Origin: Acidobacteriota bacterium
GTDB taxonomy: Bacteria; Acidobacteriota; Blastocatellia; Pyrinomonadales; Pyrinomonadaceae
Length of the DNA stretch: 40,683 nucleotides
Assembly: GCA_039934155.1 (NCBI GenBank)
Contig: JBDTMQ010000034.1
Location: 1 to 40,683 of the forward strand
Direction: 5' to 3'
Shown here: piece after piece, positions 18,101 to 26,899 of the stretch
How positions within the stretch are numbered: position 1 is the stretch's first letter
Layout of the letters: every line of letters starts with the position of its first letter
Notes under the pieces: model-generated
Told to the model about the DNA's origin: nothing
Seen by the model: the letters and a program-made list of their open reading frames with translations, nothing else
The model's database searches: none
Made by a program: the position numbers and the translations under genes

Positions 18101-19433
18101 TGTGGCTGCCGCGCATCGCCATCGAAAGGACCATTTGGTTTTGCCGTAATGAATTCTCGGCGTAAAGCCGATCGGTAATATCGCGAAGCATCGACACGAT
18201 CACCCGCCTGTTGCCGATGTCACAGCCGACCGAGCTTACATCGACAGGAAAACGCGTGCCGTCGCTTCGAATATGTACGGTCTCGAATTGAGTCCCGTCT
18301 CTGTTTGCTAATGCGAACTGCTCCTCTATCAAGTCTCTCGTTTCCGGTGCGCGAAGGTCGAATATCGTTTTTGTCAAAAGCTGTTCCCGAGTGAATCCGT
18401 AATGATCGATGGCCGATTGATTAGCGTCGACGATCCGCAGCGTTTCCGAATCAATGAATATGATCAGCTCGCGAGTGCGCATCGACAACAGGCGAAAGCT
18501 GTCAGCAGCGGCCCGAGTCTCGATCAGCCGGGTGATATCCCGGGTGATATTTGAGGCCCCGATTATGTTACCGAGAGCGTCCTTGATCGGCGAGATCGTA
18601 AGAGCGACATAAACCAGTGAGCCGTCTTTGCGTTGCCGGACGTCCTCGAGGAAGTCGATCTTCTCGCCATTCTTTACTTTGCGAAGGATATCGGCCTCGG
18701 TCCCTTCCCCATCGTCATCCGGGAAAAGGAAGGTCACCGGGTTGCCGATGATCTCGGCGGCCGAATACCCAAAGATCTTTTCGGCACCGGCGTTCCAACT
18801 GGTGATGATGCCGTTCAAATCTTTACTGAAGATACCGTCGTCCGACGACCGGACGATCGAGGCCAGAAAAGCACTTTGCTTTTCGAGCTCTTTGGCGGCC
18901 GTAATGTCACGCTGCGTGCCCCAGGCACGCACCAGAGATCCGTTCTCGATAATGCCTGTTAGATTATTCAGGAAGTAGATTTCACGGCCGTCTGCTGCTT
19001 TTTCGTGGGATTCTGCTTCGAAAAGGCGGTAATTCGATTCGATGAATGCCCGTATATAACCTTCGTTCCGGGGATCGGATCTTACCAACAGTTCGTCCAA
19101 ACGGGCGCCGGTAATTTGGTCAGCCGTCGAATACCCGTATTGTCGGGCCATTGCATCGTTACACTCGGCTAGATAACCGAATTGGTAGGCGAGAGCTATT
19201 TGCCGATCGACATCGAGATCGACCGAAATCGGTTCGTTGAGTTCGAGGCGCCAGATACCTTCAGTGCTTGACTCGATAAATGCGCGATAACGCTCTTCGC
19301 TTTCACGCAAGGTATTTACCGAATCGATATCTTGTCTGTCGTGCTCCAACCTTAATAAACCCCTTGCGAAAAAATGAGACGGCAGCCGGGTATTGTTAAT
19401 AAATAATTTTAGGACAAAAGCTCGAAAGGTCAA
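15177..19433 (-). CDS. Soluble multi-sensor histidine kinase (about 6 PAS, 2 GAF, HisKA, HATPase_c)
   Basis: Maximal ORF of 1418 aa. It has repeated PAS signatures (ESEERYR/ESEERFS linkers, RDIT/IDIT ends) and two GAF-like blocks. It also has the H-box SHELRTPLN, the N-box NLIQNAFKFT, and the G-boxes DNGVGI and GLGLGL. No TM segment is visible. The track start at 19433 is a TTG that coincides with a -35-like box, so the true start is probably downstream (for example TTG at 19349, preceded by AAGGGG). Confidence 0.9.
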   Translation of the reverse strand: MTFRAFVLKLFINNTRLPSHFFARGLLRLEHDRQDIDSVNTLRESEERYRAFIESSTEGIWRLELNEPISVDLDVDRQIALAYQFGYLAECNDAMARQYGYSTADQITGARLDELLVRSDPRNEGYIRAFIESNYRLFEAESHEKAADGREIYFLNNLTGIIENGSLVRAWGTQRDITAAKELEKQSAFLASIVRSSDDGIFSKDLNGIITSWNAGAEKIFGYSAAEIIGNPVTFLFPDDDGEGTEADILRKVKNGEKIDFLEDVRQRKDGSLVYVALTISPIKDALGNIIGASNITRDITRLIETRAAADSFRLLSMRTRELIIFIDSETLRIVDANQSAIDHYGFTREQLLTKTIFDLRAPETRDLIEEQFALANRDGTQFETVHIRSDGTRFPVDVSSVGCDIGNRRVIVSMLRDITDRLYAENSLRQNQMVLSMAMRGSHMGVWESDIATDTIMWSEELEAIFGLAPGEFNGTHEHYIDLVYVDDREMLRRSVESAIAENRDYWVEFRFYHSSGEIRWMEGRGEAVYSQKGEPIRLYGVGIDITSRKLSEERLRESEERFSKAFNTSPLILTISSLKDGSLVEVNDTFVEVSGYSREEVIGKTTVELGLWARVDDRSEELYQLNTVGQVRNVEYDFVIRDGSTIIGLLSAEKIEIGGEDFALTVIQDVSERKRSERNNEFILRLGEIIRVSKHPDDMMLNVTEAIGRHLELDRCFFNEIAAENDVAIINWEYRRDEADSGLKGEVSLSSRWAATRTEIEQGNTLVVSDVMTDPRIGPERCEGYTKHNIRAYVAIPLMRGSKWTSTLIVSKSRVRSWNPWEISLLEMAAERTWLALERMRSESILRESEERYRTLADAMPHLVWTSNAEGKIDYYNSLSENYAGIDFDTGEASDSPGIQHPDDAETLESAWKEALADGFLELEYRLRMKNGEYRWHLSRAVAVRDKSGSITRWIGSSTDIHDQKKAQEALLAAERRAAVEYQELLSRIVPLGQTFGTARDLITIYRTILNFVRSSMDCSAFFVSFFDPLTRMRTAAYAWGQNGEVDISQLPPIELTEDGGPNSQAVFTRRPVIVDQYMDVMSRRPHVVIEADGIDPKSSIAVPMIVMGRVTGTIEVQAYSPGAFVQDHIVALEMIANLAAAAIENVRLIEIEAKARQDAEAANQMKDEFLSILSHELRTPLNAMLGWVRMLRTGILDEERSEKALEVIERNTRQQSSLIEDLLDVSRIISGKMRVEKDLIDIGVIAKEVADTMGPIATAKEIEFEVHGLPEPLFMMGDNVRLQQAITNLIQNAFKFTPAKGRVEVTVTREDTIADIVVADNGVGIEAEFIPNIFDRFTQADASTRRNFAGLGLGLTIVRNIVELHGGDISVDSPGKGLGANFRMRLPLADKFYESEPVEKGHMPDIIDDTSLGEM
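19406..19433 (-). promoter_or_regulatory. Candidate sigma70-type promoter for the histidine kinase
   Basis: On the minus strand, TTGACC (19433-19428), a 16-nt spacer, then TAAAAT (19411-19406). It lies directly after the upstream terminator. Confidence 0.4.
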
Positions 19434-19452
19434 AACACTTTAATGTCGCCGC

Positions 19453-19482
19453 AAAAAAGGCCGCATCTTTTGACGCGGCCTT
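19453..19482 (-). terminator. Rho-independent terminator after the TonB-dependent receptor gene
   Basis: On the minus strand, AAGGCCGC-gtcaaaagat-GCGGCCTT followed by a T-run (GCGGCCTTTTTTG). It starts about 20 nt after the stop at 19504. Confidence 0.75.
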
Positions 19483-19503
19483 GAAAACAGGATCGATCGC
19501 AGA

Positions 19504-22500
19504 TCAAAACTCGAAACGGATCCCGAGTCTGATCTTGCGTGCGCGATACGTTCGTGTCGGCGCGAGAAATGTATCTTCTGCCGCTTTCCTAAGGATCGCA
19601 TTCGATGAATTAAGGCTGTCGAAGTTGATGAAGTTAGACCCAAAACTGAAGATCGCCATATTCAATATATTGCCGAATTCGGCGGAGGGCCGTAATACAA
19701 ACCTTTCGCCAAATTTGAACTGGCGGCTAAGGCTAAGGTCAAAGATATATTGTGACGGACCGTGACCGGCGTTTCTTGGAAGGTTGCCCGGACTTCCGAT
19801 CACGGGTTGGGTCAGCTGAGCCGCCAGTGACGCAGGGAACGACGTCCCAAATGTCCGCCACTGAATGTCATCAAGATTTCCGTTAAAATCAGGCCGGTCG
19901 TTGCTGACATCGTCTAGATTTCGATCGTTACCGCCGACTGAAATATTGAACGGGGAACTCGAACCGTAACGGAATAACGGTGAAAGCCTTATTTTTCCTA
20001 ACCAGACGGGCGTATCGAAATTTCCTGAAAATGCGAGACGGTGACGACGATCCAAAAGACTGCGGGAATATTCGCTGCCAAAATCCCCGACGATCTGTGC
20101 CGATGATGTATTAACGATGCCATCATCTTTCAGACTTGCGAGGGTATAAACAAGCCGCATCGAACCGCCAAAACCGTAGCCGAACTTCCGATATCGGTTT
20201 CGCAGCTCGAATGTTATGCCCTTGTAATTACTGTTGCCGATCGATGCTACGTGCTCGAACTGGCTGATATTTCCGTTGGCGAAAAACGGGCGAAGTGACT
20301 GAATCGCTGCAAGTGCCCGGCAGATAGGCGAAAGCGTCGGCGAATTGATCGGGTCGAGAGCACTGTCGCAATCCGAGCGGTTCTGCGAAGAGCGCAAATT
20401 AACGTTGCACGTTTCGGTCGCCGAGCACGATCCGCCGTTCAGATCAAGGAGCCCGACGTCATCGGTCGGTGATCCAAGAAAGAATCTCGAAATACCGCTG
20501 TTGATACCTAAAAGATAATCGGTAAATGTGATCGTGCCGTTGCCGTCGCGGTCGGGTATCCCAGCAGGCAGCACAGGTGCATTCGCATTGTATTCACGCC
20601 ACAAGCGAACCGTTTTATTGATCGTAAAGTTTGTCTCGAAAACCAGACCTTTTACGAGCTCTCGTTCGAATCCAACATTGAACTGATAGCTTTCCGGGAT
20701 CTTGAGATTTGCGTCCAGCTCGCGAAATCCACCAGATCGCGAAAGTTCGCGAACGGTCATCGTCTGCGTTGCATTGACCTGGATGGGCGTGTCCAACGTC
20801 AATGCGTTTGGAAATTGATCGCTCAGAAAGGTACGAATTCGGGCGAATTCCACATTCGACGGAAAGCGGACCCGCGAATCGAATCGCAGCTCCTGTGATC
20901 CTGCCGTAAAGTCATCCACCGTACGGAGAAGCACACGATTATAAAATATACCGGCACCGACACGCACGACGGTCTTGTCGCCTTTGAAAGGATTCCACGC
21001 CGCCGACACCCGGGGTCCGAAGTTGTCATCGTCCTTGATAACGGTTTCACGCTCGTATCGAAGGCCATAACTGAACGTTAAATTTGGAAACACGCGCCAT
21101 TCGTCGTGAGCGAACACGCCGATATAATTGTTTGTCAGCTCAGAGTCGGTATTGAAATTCTGCTGAAAACTGGTTACCGAATTTTGGCCGAAGAAGAAGA
21201 AATTCGAAAAACGGTAAGTACCGGTCGCGTCAAAACGGTCGATGTATTTCGTCTTCACATTTTGAAAATCACCGCCGAATTTCAGGCTGTGGCCGCCGAT
21301 AATATGGGTAAGAGTTTCCTGAAACTGCAGCCTGTCTTCCTTGCGGTCGCTTGAACCCGACGTTGAAGCGCTGAATATCTGGCTGGCCGAGAAGGGTTCA
21401 TCGGGCGGTGTAAAGCCGCCGACAATGATCACCGGCGTGTCTTCGCCGGAAACCGGTGCAGAACTTGGCCGCAGTTTCGAATACTGAAAGCGGAACTGAT
21501 TTACGGTCCGTGATCCAAGTACGAGGTTGTGCGTGGCATTGATCGCGTCCGAATCTCGAATGCGTCCGATCAAAGCGTCGGCGAGTCGATTCGTTCCGCT
21601 GAACTGCCGAAGGTCATTGGAACGCCCCATTTGATAGCCGAAAGTAAAACTGTTCGCCTGATTCAAATTCCAGTCCACTCGTGTCGAGAAGATATGCTTT
21701 TTAGACGGGGTGTCGACAGCCTGTATATACGGTGCTACAAGTACCGAATTCGCACCCGTATTTGACGGAAAAGTTGTGGTTGGATTCGTCGGTGCCGGCA
21801 ATTCGAACCGGGAAGTGTTGTTTACAGGAACGAAAACGTCGATCAATGTGCTGTCTTCGATCTTATCGAATTCATAGGCTGAAAAGAAGAACAGCTTGTT
21901 TTTGACGATGGGACCGCTGAATGTAACTCCGGGGTCGTAATTTGTAAAAGGGACCTTTTCGATACCGCGGCGGTTATTGTTCCACGTGTTCGCGTTAAGG
22001 GCCGAATCACGGTAGAAAAAGAACGCACGGCCGCGAAACTTGTTCGACCCGCCGCGTGTACGGATATTCACACGTCCGCCGGAGGCTCTGCCATACTCGG
22101 CTGAAAACTGATTGGTAACGACCTGGACCTCGCTGATCGCCTCGATCGAGGGCTGGAATCGAAATCCGGCCGAACGATCATCGTTATTGTCCAGACCGTC
22201 GATCGTAATATTGTTTGAATATGCGGCACCGCCAGAGAGGGCAAAAGTGCCCGCCTCTTCGGGTGTGCTGCCTTGAGCATAGCTGCCACGGGTTCCGCGG
22301 TCATCTGACAGATCGCGGGTCGAAAGCGGCTCTTCGGTTACGCCGCCGAGAGTAAACACGAGGTCAAGAGGGTTGCGGGTGTCATTTGGAAGTTCTTCGA
22401 TCTCACGCTGTGTAACGGTACCGCCAACGATCGTCCGGGTAATGTCGACCACAGGTGTATCATCCTCACCGACGGTCACCGTTGCTTCTGCCTGAACGGT

Positions 22501-22851
22501 TGCAGGAGCCAGAGTAAAGTCGAGCTGCAGGCTTTGTCCCGAGACCGTCTGCAGATCGACCCTTTCTTTCGCACCGAATCCGGTCGCTGACGCCGTCACC
22601 TTATAAAGACCCGGTTTTAACTCAATTATTCGGTAGCGGCCTTCTTCATTAGCGGTTACGGTCCGTTCTGCTCCGGTCTCGACGTTCCTGGCCGTCACGC
22701 TTGCGCCAACTATCGCTAAATTGTTCGAGTCGGCGATCTTACCGGTTATCGTAACGTCGTCGAGATCCTGGGCAGTGGCTGAAATGGAAGCACCGCAGAA
22801 TAGCACCGCCAAAAGTGTGGAAAACACACAGATTCCAAAAAACTTCTTCAT
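19504..22851 (-). CDS. TonB-dependent receptor with N-terminal carboxypeptidase-regulatory-like domain
   Basis: 1115 aa. It has a signal peptide (MKKFFGICVFSTLLAVLFCGASISATAQ) and a CarboxypepD_reg-like region (TGKIADSNNLAIVGASVTARN...GRYRIIELKPGLYKVTASATGF). A plug region and a long beta-barrel follow, ending in the aromatic motif RLGIRFEF. AGGAG lies 7 nt upstream of the ATG. Confidence 0.9.
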   Translation of the reverse strand: MKKFFGICVFSTLLAVLFCGASISATAQDLDDVTITGKIADSNNLAIVGASVTARNVETGAERTVTANEEGRYRIIELKPGLYKVTASATGFGAKERVDLQTVSGQSLQLDFTLAPATVQAEATVTVGEDDTPVVDITRTIVGGTVTQREIEELPNDTRNPLDLVFTLGGVTEEPLSTRDLSDDRGTRGSYAQGSTPEEAGTFALSGGAAYSNNITIDGLDNNDDRSAGFRFQPSIEAISEVQVVTNQFSAEYGRASGGRVNIRTRGGSNKFRGRAFFFYRDSALNANTWNNNRRGIEKVPFTNYDPGVTFSGPIVKNKLFFFSAYEFDKIEDSTLIDVFVPVNNTSRFELPAPTNPTTTFPSNTGANSVLVAPYIQAVDTPSKKHIFSTRVDWNLNQANSFTFGYQMGRSNDLRQFSGTNRLADALIGRIRDSDAINATHNLVLGSRTVNQFRFQYSKLRPSSAPVSGEDTPVIIVGGFTPPDEPFSASQIFSASTSGSSDRKEDRLQFQETLTHIIGGHSLKFGGDFQNVKTKYIDRFDATGTYRFSNFFFFGQNSVTSFQQNFNTDSELTNNYIGVFAHDEWRVFPNLTFSYGLRYERETVIKDDDNFGPRVSAAWNPFKGDKTVVRVGAGIFYNRVLLRTVDDFTAGSQELRFDSRVRFPSNVEFARIRTFLSDQFPNALTLDTPIQVNATQTMTVRELSRSGGFRELDANLKIPESYQFNVGFERELVKGLVFETNFTINKTVRLWREYNANAPVLPAGIPDRDGNGTITFTDYLLGINSGISRFFLGSPTDDVGLLDLNGGSCSATETCNVNLRSSQNRSDCDSALDPINSPTLSPICRALAAIQSLRPFFANGNISQFEHVASIGNSNYKGITFELRNRYRKFGYGFGGSMRLVYTLASLKDDGIVNTSSAQIVGDFGSEYSRSLLDRRHRLAFSGNFDTPVWLGKIRLSPLFRYGSSSPFNISVGGNDRNLDDVSNDRPDFNGNLDDIQWRTFGTSFPASLAAQLTQPVIGSPGNLPRNAGHGPSQYIFDLSLSRQFKFGERFVLRPSAEFGNILNMAIFSFGSNFINFDSLNSSNAILRKAAEDTFLAPTRTYRARKIRLGIRFEF

Positions 22852-22979
22852 TTACAAACTCCTGAATAGACTTGGTCGGGGTTGAGAATGGGATATTTTG
22901 ACCTAAAACTGGCGTCTTGTAAAGAATAGGCGGGCGTCTCGAAAAAGGGTCGGCAAGATCCTCGATAAGGCGAACCTGC

Positions 22980-23381
22980 TTAGGACTGATCTTCGTCAAA
23001 GATCTCGATAAACTCAGCTCGGCGGTAGCGAGAGATCGGGATCAAAGCGTCGGTGCGTCCTTCTGGGTTATCCGATCCGAATTCTCCGGCATGGGACTTC
23101 AGATATTCAAAAAAGCGTTCGAATTCTCGCTGCATAGCGTTCATCTTTTCACGCATATTTAGAATGATCTCGACGCCGGCGAGATTTACACCGAGATCGC
23201 GGGTCAGTGAAAGAATGACCTCAAGTCGTTCGAGATCCGAATCTTCGTAGAGCCGGGTGTTGCCGATCGAGCGCGACGGTTTGAGCAGGCCTTCGCGTTC
23301 GTACAGTCTTAAGGTCTGCGGATGAATATCATAGAGTTCCGCGACTGCACTGATCGTATATGTCTTTACCTTTCGTTTCAT
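22980..23381 (-). CDS. hspR: MerR-family heat-shock transcriptional repressor HspR
   Basis: 133 aa. It has the MerR wHTH YTISAVAELYDIHPQTLRLYEREGLLKPSRSIGNTRLY. It lies directly downstream of dnaK-dnaJ, the classical hspR position. A HAIR-like operator is found at the dnaK promoter. Confidence 0.8.
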   Translation of the reverse strand: MKRKVKTYTISAVAELYDIHPQTLRLYEREGLLKPSRSIGNTRLYEDSDLERLEVILSLTRDLGVNLAGVEIILNMREKMNAMQREFERFFEYLKSHAGEFGSDNPEGRTDALIPISRYRRAEFIEIFDEDQS

Positions 23382-23406
23382 CTGTCTAAAGTTAGCGCTA
23401 CGCCAG

Positions 23407-24576
23407 TCAATCCAGTCCCATCACCTTGCGCGGGCTTTCGGGATTAAGCTTTTCAAATTCCCGAAGTGATTCCTTGGTTTCCTCAGAAATGACGCGAGGC
23501 AGCGTGATCTTGACCTCAATGAACTGATCGCCTCTCAGCTTAGGGTTTCTCAACGACGGAAATCCACGCTCTCGAAGCCTGAATTTCTGTCCCGATTCCG
23601 TTCCAGCCGGTATCTTTAACTGTGCTTTGCCCTCGACCGTCGGTACCTCTATTTTTGCGCCCAGTGCCGCTTCCGGAACAGTGATCGGAACGGTCACATA
23701 GATGTTGTCGCCCCGGCGTTCGAGAAATTTGTGTTTACCGACGTTGGTCAGAATATAAAGGTCGCCCGGTTCGGCGCCCAGCCGTCCGCCATGCCCTTTC
23801 TTCGGAATTCGTACTCGCGAACCTGTATCGACACCGGCAGGTATCCGGATCTTTACCTGTTCTGTCTTTGGAGTGACGCCTTTGCCGTTACACAGTGAGC
23901 AAGGCGTTCGCCGTCGGCCCGTTCCCTCGCAATCCGGACACGTTTGGGAAAATTGCAGGCGACCGCCGGTTTTCAATACCTGGCCGGCGCCTTTACATGT
24001 GGGACACGTAATGACCGGCCCGCCCGTATCACCCGCACCCTGGCATCTGGAACACTGTTCCGAGCGATTGACGGTAATGTTCGTCGTCATCCCGGAAAAT
24101 GCCTCTTCGAAGCTGAGAGCAAGCGGGATCTCGATATCGCGGCCTTTCTTTGGCAGTGGTCTCGGCGGTTCGGGTTCACGCCGGGCCTGAGCGCCGCCGC
24201 TGCCGCCAAAGAGATCAGAAAAGATGTCCCTGAAACTGGAACTGCCGCCAGATTGTCCACCGGAAAAATCGAATCCCGAAAAGTCAAACCCGGCTGCACC
24301 CCCACCGCCGCCGGCTGCCGCACCGGCGCCAAACGGCGAGTCGGCGTCGAGATTATCGTTGTAATACCCAAAACGGTCAAAAACCTTTCGCTTCTTTTCG
24401 TCTGAAAGAACGTCGTAGGCTTCCTGCACCTCTTTGAATTTCTCCTCCGAGGCTTTGTCATTGGGATTCACGTCGGGGTGAAACTTTCGCGCCAGCCGAC
24501 GATACGATTTTTTTATCTCGTCAGCTTTGGCGTCCTTTTTGACACCCAGTAACTGGTAATAATCTTTTTTTGCCAT
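23407..24576 (-). CDS. dnaJ: Molecular chaperone DnaJ
   Basis: J domain with HPD (KFHPDVNP), a G/F-rich region, and four CxxCxGxG zinc motifs ([32 protein letters not shown]). Confidence 0.96.
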   Translation of the reverse strand: MAKKDYYQLLGVKKDAKADEIKKSYRRLARKFHPDVNPNDKASEEKFKEVQEAYDVLSDEKKRKVFDRFGYYNDNLDADSPFGAGAAAGGGGGAAGFDFSGFDFSGGQSGGSSSFRDIFSDLFGGSGGAQARREPEPPRPLPKKGRDIEIPLALSFEEAFSGMTTNITVNRSEQCSRCQGAGDTGGPVITCPTCKGAGQVLKTGGRLQFSQTCPDCEGTGRRRTPCSLCNGKGVTPKTEQVKIRIPAGVDTGSRVRIPKKGHGGRLGAEPGDLYILTNVGKHKFLERRGDNIYVTVPITVPEAALGAKIEVPTVEGKAQLKIPAGTESGQKFRLRERGFPSLRNPKLRGDQFIEVKITLPRVISEETKESLREFEKLNPESPRKVMGLD

Positions 24577-24661
24577 TTAGTTAGCGAGCAGTGAGCTGTA
24601 AGCAGTGAGCAGTTTAGCCCAATGTGATCACGGTTCAAAACACCTGATAGATACAGAAAAC

Positions 24662-24706
24662 GGTAAGCAGTGAGCGGCGAACCCACTGCTTACCGCTCAC
24701 TGCTTA
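24662..24706 (-). promoter_or_regulatory. Stable hairpin / attenuator-like element between dnaK and dnaJ
   Basis: On the minus strand, TAAGCAGTGAGCGG...CCGCTCACTGCTTA forms a 14-bp stem. An alternative 11-bp stem is GGTAAGCAGTG/CACTGCTTACC. CCGTTTTCTGT follows. Confidence 0.45.
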
Positions 24707-24710
24707 ATGC

Positions 24711-26657
24711 TTACTTTTTCTCGTCTTCGACGTCGACATACTCGGCGTCGATAACGTTGTCATCACTCGTTGATGTCGTTCCACCATCGCCTTCGGCACC
24801 GGCCGACGCCGACGACGCCTGCTCGGTCTCTCCGGTTTCGCCGCCCTGTCCCGCCGCGCCAGCCTGACTGTAAAGCACTTCAGCCAGTTTGTGCGATGCT
24901 GTCTGCAGCCTTTCGAAAGCCGAATTCATCGGATCCGGGTCTGAACCGGCGAGTGCCGTCTTAGCATCCGCGATCGCCGATTCGAGCTCGCCCGCTGCCG
25001 CGGCATCCACCTTTTCCTTATTCTCGGTAAATGTCTTCTCGACACTATAGACCAGACCATCCAAACGGTTCCGGGCCTCGATCTCCGCCTTCTTCTTTTC
25101 GTCCTCGCCGGCGTGCGATTCGGCATCCTTCATCATCTTGTCGATCTCTTCCTTTGAGAGACCCGACGAGGCGGTGATAGTGATCTTCTGCTCCCGGCCG
25201 GTTCCAACGTCCTTAGCCGAGACGTTCACGATGCCATTGGCGTCGATGTCAAAAGTAACTTCGACCTGCGGAACACCGCGCGGTGCCGGCGGTATTCCGA
25301 CCAGATGGAATTTGCCGAGCGTTTTGTTGTCTGTCGCCAGCGGACGCTCGCCCTGCAGCACGTGGACCTCGACCGACGTCTGATTATCCGAAGCAGTCGA
25401 AAATATCTCACTTTTTCGCGTCGGTATGGTCGTGTTTCGCGAGATCATCTGCGTGAAGACGCCCCCTAATGTCTCGATCCCGAGCGTGAGAGGCGTGACG
25501 TCAAGAAGCAATATGTCGGTCTTTTCGCCGCCGAGTACGCCGGCCTGGACCGCCGCGCCAAGTGCTACGACCTCATCCGGATTCACAGATTTGTTCGAAT
25601 CCTTTCCAAAAAATGCCTTGACCATTTCCTGGACTTTCGGAATTCGAGTCGAACCTCCGACAAGAACGATCTCTTCAATATCCTTCGGCTCGAGTCCCGC
25701 GTCCTTGATAGCCTTTTCCACGGGCGGCATCAACCGCTTGAGGATCGGTTCAACCAAGGCCTCAAACTTTGCCCGCGTCAGCTTCATCACCAAATGCTTC
25801 GGACCGGATGCATCCGCGGTGATAAACGGAAGGTTGATCTCGGTCTCCATCGTCGACGAGAGCTCGACCTTTGCTTTTTCAGCCGCTTCTTTGAGCCGCT
25901 GGAGCGCCATCTTGTCGTTGTGAAGGTCGATACCCTGATCCTTCTTGAATTCTTCGATGATCCAATTGATCAAAACCTCGTCAACGTCGTCGCCGCCGAG
26001 ATGGGTGTCGCCATTGGTCGATTTGACCTCGACAACGCCTTCGCCGACCTCGAGTACCGAGATGTCGAAAGTACCGCCGCCGAAGTCGAATACGGCGATC
26101 ACCTCATCCTTTTTCTTATCGAGGCCATATGCAAGTGCGGCCGCCGTCGGTTCGTTCACGATACGCAGAACGTCAAGACCCGCGATGCGTCCCGCATCCT
26201 TGGTCGCCTGCCGCTGTGCATCATTAAAATATGCCGGTACGGTAATAACAGCCTTTTCGACCTTAGAACCGAGGTAATCTTCAGCCGACTGTTTGAGTTT
26301 TTGCAAAACCATTGCCGCGATCTCAGGCGGACTATAATGTTTGCCGTCGGCACTGATCCGAACATCACCGTTATCGGCCTTTTCGACCTTATACGGAACC
26401 TGTTTGATCTCTTCTTTGACCTCATCGTACTTTCGGCCCATGAAACGTTTGATCGAATAAAGGGTGTTCTCCGGATTGGTAACGGCCTGTCGTTTTGCGA
26501 CCTGTCCTACCAAACGGTTGCCGTCCTTGCCAAATGCGACGACGGAAGGCGTTGTACGACCGCCCTCAGAATTAGTGATCACGATAGGCTCGCCGCCTTC
26601 CATTACAGCAACGACCGAATTCGTTGTGCCGAGATCGATACCAATTATTTTGCTCAT
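24711..26657 (-). CDS. dnaK: Molecular chaperone DnaK (Hsp70)
   Basis: Starts [14 protein letters not shown] and carries DLGGGTFD and the full Hsp70 pattern. The ATG at 26657 is preceded by GGAG; the track start at 26672 is TTG. Confidence 0.97.
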   Translation of the reverse strand: MSKIIGIDLGTTNSVVAVMEGGEPIVITNSEGGRTTPSVVAFGKDGNRLVGQVAKRQAVTNPENTLYSIKRFMGRKYDEVKEEIKQVPYKVEKADNGDVRISADGKHYSPPEIAAMVLQKLKQSAEDYLGSKVEKAVITVPAYFNDAQRQATKDAGRIAGLDVLRIVNEPTAAALAYGLDKKKDEVIAVFDFGGGTFDISVLEVGEGVVEVKSTNGDTHLGGDDVDEVLINWIIEEFKKDQGIDLHNDKMALQRLKEAAEKAKVELSSTMETEINLPFITADASGPKHLVMKLTRAKFEALVEPILKRLMPPVEKAIKDAGLEPKDIEEIVLVGGSTRIPKVQEMVKAFFGKDSNKSVNPDEVVALGAAVQAGVLGGEKTDILLLDVTPLTLGIETLGGVFTQMISRNTTIPTRKSEIFSTASDNQTSVEVHVLQGERPLATDNKTLGKFHLVGIPPAPRGVPQVEVTFDIDANGIVNVSAKDVGTGREQKITITASSGLSKEEIDKMMKDAESHAGEDEKKKAEIEARNRLDGLVYSVEKTFTENKEKVDAAAAGELESAIADAKTALAGSDPDPMNSAFERLQTASHKLAEVLYSQAGAAGQGGETGETEQASSASAGAEGDGGTTSTSDDNVIDAEYVDVEDEKK

Positions 26658-26729
26658 CCTGTGTATCTCCAATTAACTAAAATAGCTCTGCTCACACAAT
26701 AAAAGTAAGAATTAGTTGAGCCTAACGGA

Positions 26730-26758
26730 AGTATAATAGTTGAGTGTGTTGTTGTCAA
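26730..26758 (-). promoter_or_regulatory. Sigma70-type promoter of the dnaK operon
   Basis: On the minus strand, TTGACA (26758-26753), a 17-nt spacer, then TATACT (26735-26730), about 70 nt upstream of the dnaK ATG. Confidence 0.6.
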
Positions 26759-26759
26759 G
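26739..26759 (-). promoter_or_regulatory. HAIR-like inverted repeat (putative HspR operator) overlapping the -35 box and spacer
   Basis: The minus strand reads CTTGACA-N7-ACTCAAC. The published HAIR consensus is CTTGAGT-N7-ACTCAAG, so 11 of 14 positions match with correct N7 spacing. Confidence 0.5.
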
Positions 26760-26803
26760 TTTATTTCCACCCTCTTTAACACGTGTCTCAGTTTTTATTT
26801 ATT

Positions 26804-26899
26804 ATGGGGTTCGATCCAATTATCGAATGTCCTGAGATGCTCCTGGCCCTGATCCCGCTTTTTTATGGATTTCTGATGGCGTTTATGATAGTTTTATAA
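26804..26899 (+). CDS. Possible 31-codon hydrophobic small ORF, stop overlapping the downstream start (TAATG)
   Basis: My translation is MGFDPIIECPEMLLALIPLFYGFLMAFMIVL*. Its last 20 residues form a TM-like helix. The TAA at 26897-26899 overlaps the ATG at 26899. No obvious Shine-Dalgarno is present. Speculative. Confidence 0.2.
   Translation: MGFDPIIECPEMLLALIPLFYGFLMAFMIVL

Noticed and set aside
24662-24706. Possible CIRCE (HrcA operator) in the dnaK-dnaJ spacer
   Set aside because: The arms TAAGCAGTG/CACTGCTTA match only about 6 of 9 positions of TTAGCACTC/GAGTGCTAA. The spacer is 11 nt rather than 9. The position is intra-operonic rather than at a promoter.
25794-26702. 302-aa ORF on the + strand
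   Set aside because: It is entirely antisense to dnaK, whose identity is unambiguous. Long open antisense frames opposite hsp70 genes are a well-known codon-bias artefact. It has no motif and no independent start context.
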